NCBI GenBank assembly: GCA_963705305.1
Contig: OY970067.1
Span: forward strand, 4,992,001-5,056,000
DNA: 64,000 nucleotides
Direction: 5' to 3'
From: an uncultured Methylomirabilota bacterium
GTDB lineage: Bacteria > Methylomirabilota > Methylomirabilia > Methylomirabilales > 2-02-FULL-66-22
In this document: positions 58,005 to 64,000 of the stretch, piece by piece
Layout: the number at the start of each line of letters is the position of its first letter
Numbering within the stretch: the stretch's first letter is position 1
The notes under the pieces: generated by a model
Database searches by the model: none
The model's input: the letters and a program-made list of their open reading frames with translations, nothing else
What the model was told of the DNA's origin: nothing
Program-made: the position numbers and the translations under genes

Positions 58005-58023
58005 TCCCCCGTCACGCGGGGGA
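58005..58023 (-). promoter_or_regulatory. Candidate bacterial SECIS hairpin
   Basis: TCCCCCG-CGTGA-CGGGGGA; loop starts 25 nt after the TGA at 58042-58044, with G at loop position 2. Confidence 0.5.
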
Positions 58024-58242
58024 TCAGTGGCTGCACGTCCCTCACCCGCTGCTGGTGCAGGTCCCGCACCCACCGCTGGTGGACCCGACAAATCCCCGCT
58101 CGCCTTTGAAGGCGAAGGTTGAGAACTGCCTGGTCACCTTTCCGCTCTCGCATTTGGGACAGCGCACCCGGCTCTGGCTGGACGCGACACGCTTCTCGAA
58201 GGCGTGCGCGCAGGCATCACAGACGTACTCGTAGATCGGCAT
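58024..58242 (-). CDS. FmdB-family zinc-ribbon protein, candidate selenoprotein (TGA at 58042-58044 read as Sec; otherwise ends at 58042)
   Basis: MPIYEYVCDAC...CPKC...GGCGTCTSSG-TGA-GTCSH-stop. Confidence 0.8.
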
Positions 58243-58284
58243 CAGGCCTCTCCGGGCGGCGACAGCGCCTCCGAGGGACTCGGG

Positions 58285-58482
58285 TCACTGGCCGCCCCGC
58301 TGCACATAACTCTTGACGAACTCTTCGGCATTCTCTTCCAGGACGTCGTCGATCTCGTCCACCAGCTTGTCCATATCCTCTTTCAGCTTCTTGCCCTTCT
58401 CCGTCGCCGCGGAGCGCGTTTGCTCACCCTCTCCCGCCGGCGGCCCCTCGGTTCGACGCTGCTTTCGCTCTTGCTCCGGCAT
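58285..58482 (-). CDS. pup: Prokaryotic ubiquitin-like protein Pup (GGQ type)
   Basis: DKLVDEIDDVLEENAEEFVKSYVQRGGQ; AGGAGG RBS. Confidence 0.95.
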   Translation of the reverse strand: MPEQERKQRRTEGPPAGEGEQTRSAATEKGKKLKEDMDKLVDEIDDVLEENAEEFVKSYVQRGGQ

Positions 58483-58544
58483 GCCGTGCCTCCTTCCCCT
58501 GCCTTTCCACGCCGGTCCTTACCCTGGTATTGTACCACTGAAAT

Positions 58545-59057
58545 TCATCGGTTCGCTACCCAGATCAAATGCGGAAGCTCCGGGATCAATACCTGGGACA
58601 GTCCCAGCCGAACCGCCGCCTGCGATCCCGGCAGGCAGCAGATGACTTTCCCCCGGCTCACACCGCACAGCGCCCGGCTGAGAAACGCGGCGGCGCCGAT
58701 CTCCTGGAAGCTCAGCCAGCGGAACAGCTCGCCGAATCCCGGGAGCGCCTTCTCGATCAGCGGCTCCACCGTCTCGACCGTCAAGTCACGGCGGCCGACT
58801 CCGGTGCCCCCCGTCACCACCAGGCAGCGCGCGGGGCCCTGCAGAAATCGGCGCACCACCGCCTGGATCGCTGCCGGCTCGTCCCGGACCAGCTCGTGAT
58901 CCAAGAGGGTGTGCCCGGCCCCCTCCAAGAGCTCTCGGGCCAGGCGCCCCGAGGCGTCGGTGGCCTGGGTGCGGGTGTCGCTCACCGTAAGGACAACGCA
59001 GGCGACCGGCCCGACCGTCTGCGCGCCTACCTGATGCTCGTGCGCCCCCATGCTCAC
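58545..59057 (-). CDS. moaB: Molybdenum cofactor biosynthesis protein MoaB/MogA
   Basis: LTVSDTR, DASG, TGGTG...RDLT, PGFGELFR, LPGS. Confidence 0.88.
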   Translation of the reverse strand: MSMGAHEHQVGAQTVGPVACVVLTVSDTRTQATDASGRLARELLEGAGHTLLDHELVRDEPAAIQAVVRRFLQGPARCLVVTGGTGVGRRDLTVETVEPLIEKALPGFGELFRWLSFQEIGAAAFLSRALCGVSRGKVICCLPGSQAAVRLGLSQVLIPELPHLIWVANR

Positions 59058-59683
59058 CTGCCTTCCCGAAGAAACGGGTTGTTCCGGCGTTCGGCACCGA
59101 TGGTCGTCTGCGGCCCGTGGCCGGAATAGACCACCGTTGCATCCGGGAACGTCAGGAGCTTGGTGCGGATGGAATGAAGCAGGGCCGCCGGCGATCCGCC
59201 GGCGAGATCCGTGCGCCCCACCGAGCCTGCGAACAGCGTGTCTCCCACGAAGACGCTCTCCTCCGCCCGCAGCGAGATGCTGCCCGGCGTATGGCCGGGG
59301 GTCTCCAGCACACTCAGGGCGAGGCCGCCCAGCGCGATCACATCCCCCTCGCGGACCAGCCGATCCGGGCCGGGGGGCTCCGCCGCCTTGAGGCCGAACA
59401 TCCGGGCGGTTTCCGGGACCATCGCCAGCAGGGGGAGATCGTCCGGATGCATCACGATTGCGGCGCCCGTGGCGGCCTTGAACAACTCGGTCCCCGCCAC
59501 GTGATCGAAGTGGGCGTGGGTGGCGATCAGATAGTCCAGCTGAAGCGCCTGCGTGCGCACCGCCTGAAGGACCCGCTCGCTCTCCATGCCCGGATCGATC
59601 ACCGCCGCCCGGCGGGTCTGCTCGTCCACCACCAGATAGCTGTTACTCTGTAACGGCCCGACCACGAACATCTCGACCCGCAC
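59054..59683 (-). CDS. MBL-fold metallo-hydrolase (glyoxalase II-like)
   Basis: THAHFDH, TPGHTPG, GDTLF, GRTDL, GHG. Confidence 0.9.
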   Translation of the reverse strand: MRVEMFVVGPLQSNSYLVVDEQTRRAAVIDPGMESERVLQAVRTQALQLDYLIATHAHFDHVAGTELFKAATGAAIVMHPDDLPLLAMVPETARMFGLKAAEPPGPDRLVREGDVIALGGLALSVLETPGHTPGSISLRAEESVFVGDTLFAGSVGRTDLAGGSPAALLHSIRTKLLTFPDATVVYSGHGPQTTIGAERRNNPFLREGR

Positions 59684-59785
59684 CGTTGCTCTCCCGCCCC
59701 TCCGCCCCTCACGACGCCCCGAAAGAATGCACAGACGAAGAATGCCACGCACGGCGGCCGCCGGGGGCGGCCTGGATGTGCTCGC

Positions 59786-59947
59786 TCAGGACAGCTCCCG
59801 CTGGATCCGCAGCACCGTCGAATAATCAACCCCGGTCTGGGCCGAAAGACGGAGCAGATCACGCTCGGTGATCCGGCTCCCGCGCTTCATGATCGCTTGC
59901 AGTTCACGACGAACGACCACCAACGCCTCCTCAGTCTTTAGCCGCAT
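59786..59947 (-). CDS. 53-aa protein with possible HTH (not in the ORF track)
   Basis: AAGGAG RBS; MRLKTEEALVVVRRELQAIMKRGSRITERDLLRLSAQTGVDYSTVLRIQRELS. Confidence 0.65.
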   Translation of the reverse strand: MRLKTEEALVVVRRELQAIMKRGSRITERDLLRLSAQTGVDYSTVLRIQRELS

Positions 59948-59974
59948 ACGCCGCTCCTTGCCGTATGTCGCTGC

Positions 59975-60811
59975 CTACCCCATGTGGATCACGGGGCCGG
60001 AAATCGCCTCCGCCGCGATCCGCTCCAGCAGCCCCGCCGCCGCCCGGCGGAAGGCCTCCGCAACGGCCGAGTCCGGATGGCTGGTCAGGACCGGTTCGCC
60101 GCGGTCGCTGGTCTGGCACACCATCGGGTCCAGGGGAATCTCCCCCAGGAAGGGCACGCCCAGGGTCTGGCTGGCCCGCCGGCCCCCGCCCTGCTTGAAG
60201 ATCGGCGCCCTCGCCCCGCAGTGCGGGCAGACGAAGCCGCTCATGTTCTCCAGGATTCCCAGGATCGGCACCTTGAGCTGCCGGAACATGGCCAGGGCCT
60301 TGCTGGCGATGTTCATGGCCAAGTCCTGCGGAGTCATGACGATGATGGCCCCGGCCAGGGGGGTGGACTGGGCCAGCGTCAGCTGGGCGTCTCCCGTGCC
60401 CGGCGGCAGGTCGATGATGAGGTAATCCAGCGCCCCCCACGCGACATCCTTCAGGAGCTGCTGGACAGCCTGCGCCACCATGGGGCCGCGCCAGACCACC
60501 GGGGCGCCGTCGGGCAGCAGGAATCCCAGCGACATCATCCGGAGGCCGTGGGCCTCCAGCGGGAGAATCTTCTGTTCCACGCTCTGCGGCATCCGGGTGA
60601 CCCCGGTCAGCTTTGGGATGGTGGGGCCGTAGATGTCGGCGTCCAGGAGACCGGTGGCGACCCCGGCCTGGGCCAGCGCAACCGCCAGGTTCACCGCCAC
60701 CGTGGATTTCCCCACGCCCCCCTTCCCCGAGGCGATGGCCACGGAGTGCTTGATGCCGTTCTGGGCCGCCGGATCCACAGGAATGCCGGGGCCGACTGTC
60801 TGAGCCGTCAT
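59975..60811 (-). CDS. mrp: Mrp/ApbC/NBP35 Fe-S cluster carrier ATPase
   Basis: SGKGGVGKST, DADIYGP, VVWRGPM, DLPPGTGD, ENMSGFVCPHC. Confidence 0.92.
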   Translation of the reverse strand: MTAQTVGPGIPVDPAAQNGIKHSVAIASGKGGVGKSTVAVNLAVALAQAGVATGLLDADIYGPTIPKLTGVTRMPQSVEQKILPLEAHGLRMMSLGFLLPDGAPVVWRGPMVAQAVQQLLKDVAWGALDYLIIDLPPGTGDAQLTLAQSTPLAGAIIVMTPQDLAMNIASKALAMFRQLKVPILGILENMSGFVCPHCGARAPIFKQGGGRRASQTLGVPFLGEIPLDPMVCQTSDRGEPVLTSHPDSAVAEAFRRAAAGLLERIAAEAISGPVIHMG

Positions 60812-60857
60812 GGTCACTCCTTCCGTGCACGACCGTTCCTCCCGGCCGCCCCCCACT

Positions 60858-61259
60858 TCACTCCAGGGAGGGGAGCCGGCGAGCGTCCCCGTTCACCGCC
60901 GGGCCGCCGGCGCGCTCGCGGAACACCGGGCACTGGGTGCAGGGAACATCCCGGGCCGCCCCCAGGATCTCCCAGCACGGGGCGTAGCCCAGCAGCCGCT
61001 TCACCCCCTCGATGCTGATCTTGTCGCGATGGATGAGACGGCGCAGGCACTCCAGCCACTGCACGTCCCCCAGGCAGTAATAGCGCTCGCGGGCCCGGCG
61101 GGCGGGCTTCACCAGCCCGTGGGATTCGTAGAGCCGGAGGGTCTGCTCCGTCACCCCGAGCATCTCGGCCACGATGCCGATGGGGAAGCAGGCCCCGCTC
61201 TCGGCGGATCGCTCGCCGAGGAGGGGGGCCGGCCGGCGCTGGTCACTCACCCGCTTCAT
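60858..61259 (-). CDS. MerR/HspR-like regulator with Cys-rich C-terminus
   Basis: IGIVAEMLGVTEQTLRLYESHGLVKP...PCWEI...CTQCPV. Confidence 0.8.
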   Translation of the reverse strand: MKRVSDQRRPAPLLGERSAESGACFPIGIVAEMLGVTEQTLRLYESHGLVKPARRARERYYCLGDVQWLECLRRLIHRDKISIEGVKRLLGYAPCWEILGAARDVPCTQCPVFRERAGGPAVNGDARRLPSLE

Positions 61260-61416
61260 CTCAACCTGGAATTTTGCCCGCGCTAGAAATCTCGGCTTTA
61301 GATAACAGGACAAGCCGGAGGTGTCAAGCACCGGAAGGGGCGGGCTCGAGGGGAGACGTACGCCCTGTCGCGGTTCAGGCCAAGGGGACACCGGGGCCGG
61401 GGTGCGGGCCGGCGGC

Positions 61417-61971
61417 TCAGCGATGCCCCGCATGGATCAGCTGCAGGAACTCCTCGCGGGTTTCCCGGCACTCGCGGAACGCCCCCAGCATGCAGGAGGT
61501 GACGGCCTTGCTGTTCTGCTTCTCCACCCCGCGCATCATCATACAGAGGTGGTAGGCCTCGACGATCACGCCGACGCCGGCCGGGCGGAGCGCCTCCTGA
61601 AGGGCCTCGGCGATCTGCGTGGTAAGCCGCTCCTGCACCTGCAGGCGCCGGGCGAACATCTCGACCAGCCGCGCCAGCTTGCTGAGGCCGACGATCTTCC
61701 CCGCCGGCATGTAGGCGATGTGGGCCTTGCCGAAAAACGGTAACAGGTGATGCTCGCACAGGGAATAGATCTCGATATCCCTGACCACCACCATCTCATC
61801 GTACTGCTCGTCGAAGACGGCGCCGTTCAGCACCTCGGTCACGGTTCGCTCGTACCCAGACGTGAGGAAGCGGAGGGCACCGGCCACGCGCGCCGGGGTT
61901 TCCAGGAGGCCCTGGCGATAGGGATCCTCGCCGATCTCCTTCAGCAGGTCGCGGATCAAGGGCTCGATCAT
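61417..61971 (-). CDS. folE: GTP cyclohydrolase I
   Basis: [41 protein letters not shown]. Confidence 0.96.
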   Translation of the reverse strand: MIEPLIRDLLKEIGEDPYRQGLLETPARVAGALRFLTSGYERTVTEVLNGAVFDEQYDEMVVVRDIEIYSLCEHHLLPFFGKAHIAYMPAGKIVGLSKLARLVEMFARRLQVQERLTTQIAEALQEALRPAGVGVIVEAYHLCMMMRGVEKQNSKAVTSCMLGAFRECRETREEFLQLIHAGHR

Positions 61972-61986
61972 GCCGGATTCTCCTTC

Positions 61987-62472
61987 CTACTCCACGTGCG
62001 CCGGGTCCCGGAGCCTCGCCACCCCCGGGGACTCCAGTTCAAAAGAGTTGTTCGGGGTCTCCTCCAGCCGCAGCCGCCGCAGCCGCCCCGGCGGCAGCGC
62101 CTCGGCCAGCACCCGCCAGAGGACACCGGCCAGCACCTCGGCGGTGCTGGTGGGGCCGTCGGCCGGGCCGATCAGGTCGTCCAGGTTGGCCTGATCGAAC
62201 CGGTCCAGCACCCGGCTCCGCACCACCGACGCCAGATCGACATCCCCCGCCGCCGAGCCGACGTCGGGGCGGATCGGGCCGCGCAGGGTGAGCGCCAGCC
62301 GGTAGGTGTGGCCGTGCCCATGCGGGTTGTTGCACCGGCCGTAAAGCCGCCGATTCTCCTCCGCGGTAAAGCGCGTGTTGTGCATCCGGTGCGCGGCGGA
62401 AAACTGGAACGTCAGCGTGGTCTCCACGATGGGCGCGCCGAGCCGCCGGTCTCCCTCGGGTCCCCTAGCCAT
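61987..62472 (-). CDS. PTPS/QueD-family protein (CX5HGH motif)
   Basis: FSAAHR...GRCNNPHGHGHTY...STAE...ETPNN. Confidence 0.85.
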   Translation of the reverse strand: MARGPEGDRRLGAPIVETTLTFQFSAAHRMHNTRFTAEENRRLYGRCNNPHGHGHTYRLALTLRGPIRPDVGSAAGDVDLASVVRSRVLDRFDQANLDDLIGPADGPTSTAEVLAGVLWRVLAEALPPGRLRRLRLEETPNNSFELESPGVARLRDPAHVE

Positions 62473-62881
62473 GCGTCTCCCGCTCGCCGAAGTAGTCCAC
62501 ATATGCCGACCCGTCCTCGTGCAGGCGCACCCGCTGCAGCCGGGCCTCAGTGAGCCGCGGCTCCAGCAGCTCCCAGATGGCCACCGCCAGCTGTTCGGGC
62601 GTGGGAATGCAGTCCCGGAGCTCCGGCACCTCGACATTCAGATTGCGGTGGTCGAATCGATCCAGCACTACCCGGGCGATCAGGTCCTTCAATGCCTTGA
62701 GGTCCATCACCATGCCCGTCTCCGGTGAGACCTCCCCCTCGATGGTCACCTCCAGGATGTAATTGTGGCCGTGGAGGTTCGCAGCCTTGCCGAACACCCG
62801 GCAATTCTCCTCCTCGGTCCAGTGGGGATTGAGATAGCGATGCGCCGCACAGAACTCCACCCGCTTGGTCAGCCGGATCAT
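62465..62881 (-). CDS. PTPS/QueD-family protein lacking the Cys before HGH
   Basis: FCAAHR...GKAANLHGHNY...TGMVMD...FDHRNLN...PTPE. Confidence 0.85.
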   Translation of the reverse strand: MIRLTKRVEFCAAHRYLNPHWTEEENCRVFGKAANLHGHNYILEVTIEGEVSPETGMVMDLKALKDLIARVVLDRFDHRNLNVEVPELRDCIPTPEQLAVAIWELLEPRLTEARLQRVRLHEDGSAYVDYFGERETHG

Positions 62882-64000
62882 CCCTCTTCCCTTCCCGGGC
62901 CTCCGGACCCGACCGCAGACAAAGCCGCCAGCCCCGGCAGTCCGGCCTCCGTCCCCTCGAGGGCTCCCTCAACCGCGGCCAGGAATTCCCCAGCCACCCG
63001 GTCCGCCTCGAACCGTTCGGCCCGACGTCGGCCGGCCGCTCCGAACTCCCTCCGCAGCCCGCTATCCGTCAGCAGGCGGGCCAATGCCTCCGCCAGTCCC
63101 CGCGGATCATCCGGCTCTACCAGGAGGGCCGTCTCTCCTTCCGCCACCGTCTCGGGCACCGCGGCCGCCCGGGCGGCCACCACGGGCAGGCCCGAGGCCA
63201 TCGCCTCCACGAACACGATCCCGAACCCTTCCTGGCGGCTCGGCAGGCAGAACAGGGCGGCGCGCCCGTACCGCTCGCGCAGCTCGCGCCACGGCAGGGT
63301 CCCCAGGAATTGCACCGCGCCCCCCAGTCCCAACCGGTCCCGCAGCCGCTCCCACGCCCGCCGCCGGGGTCCGTCGCCCACGATCCATCCCTGAAACGGC
63401 ACGCCGGCGGCCGAGAGCTCGGCGAAGGCCTGGAGCAACCGCTCCAGATTCTTCCGCGGGTACATATGGGCCACGCTCAGGATGGCCGGCGGATTTGCCG
63501 GCGCCGGCCCGTTCCCCTGCTCCCGCCAGCGCAGGAGGTCGATCGGCTCGGGGACGATGACGATCTTGCCGGCCGGAATGCCGTAGGCCTCCACGATCCG
63601 GTCCCGCGAGTAGCGGCTGGTGGCCACCACGACCTGCGCCCGGCGCACCGCCAGCCGCTCGCAGCCGGCCTGCAGCCCGAGGAGCGCCCGGACGATTCCG
63701 CGCTCGTTGCGCAACTCGTCCGCCACGACCCCCTTGATGCTGGCCACGTAGGGGACGGCGGGCCGGCGGCCGTAGACGAAGCCATCGAGATCGAAGCCGA
63801 CGACCCAGTCGTACCGGCCCTGCCGGAGGCGGGGAGCGACCCGAAGATTGAACCACAGGCGCCGGGCGGTGTAGCCTGGCCACAGGCGGATCGGCGCGTG
63901 CATCTCGACCCCGACGCCGCGCGCCTCCAGCGAACGGACCAGTTGGCGAATGGCCACATAGGTGCCGCTTCCCTCGCCCACCGACAGCGGCGTGGAGGTG
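62878..64000 (-). CDS. GT4-family glycosyltransferase (5' end outside the window)
   Basis: KNLERLL, PSRQEGFGIVFVEAMASGLPVVA. Confidence 0.9.
   Translation of the reverse strand, partial: TSTPLSVGEGSGTYVAIRQLVRSLEARGVGVEMHAPIRLWPGYTARRLWFNLRVAPRLRQGRYDWVVGFDLDGFVYGRRPAVPYVASIKGVVADELRNERGIVRALLGLQAGCERLAVRRAQVVVATSRYSRDRIVEAYGIPAGKIVIVPEPIDLLRWREQGNGPAPANPPAILSVAHMYPRKNLERLLQAFAELSAAGVPFQGWIVGDGPRRRAWERLRDRLGLGGAVQFLGTLPWRELRERYGRAALFCLPSRQEGFGIVFVEAMASGLPVVAARAAAVPETVAEGETALLVEPDDPRGLAEALARLLTDSGLRREFGAAGRRRAERFEADRVAGEFLAAVEGALEGTEAGLPGLAALSAVGSGGPGREEG

Noticed and set aside
1..64000. CRISPR arrays, tRNA/rRNA genes, integrases or prophage
   Set aside because: I saw no spaced repeats, cloverleaf signatures or recombinase/phage motifs by eye; the 16S-tail match at 55867-55880 is only 14 nt.

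Overview
GC-rich (visibly high GC) bacterial chromosomal window, densely coding, with no rRNA, tRNA, CRISPR array or transposase that I can see. A BamE-like lipoprotein, a PilZ protein and a sigma54/IHF promoter suggest a diderm, non-actinobacterial host; Methylomirabilota/NC10-like is a guess only. Main content: copper (csoR-copA), iron (fur-dtxR-feoB), zinc (zur-znuACB) and polyphosphate (ppx-ppk1-CHAD) loci; ubiX-lpdD; an IclR-gcl-aminotransferase glyoxylate unit; and a ~13 kb minus-strand run ending in a complete Pup-proteasome system (pup, arc, dop, prcB, prcA, pafA) followed by ferritin. Highlights: (1) dop and pafA, enzymes with opposing roles, share a 523-bp nucleotide-identical core (51522-52044 = 54645-55167) that flanks prcB-prcA; (2) the zinc-ribbon gene between pup and arc has an in-frame TGA at a Cys position followed by a SECIS-like hairpin, so it is a candidate selenoprotein; (3) three single-base frameshifts (radical SAM, copA, arc) fall in the same 9-mer CGGACGTTC, most likely a motif-specific sequencing error; (4) three copies of a MITE-like element sit directly at stop codons. 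Product calls come from motif recognition, not database searches.
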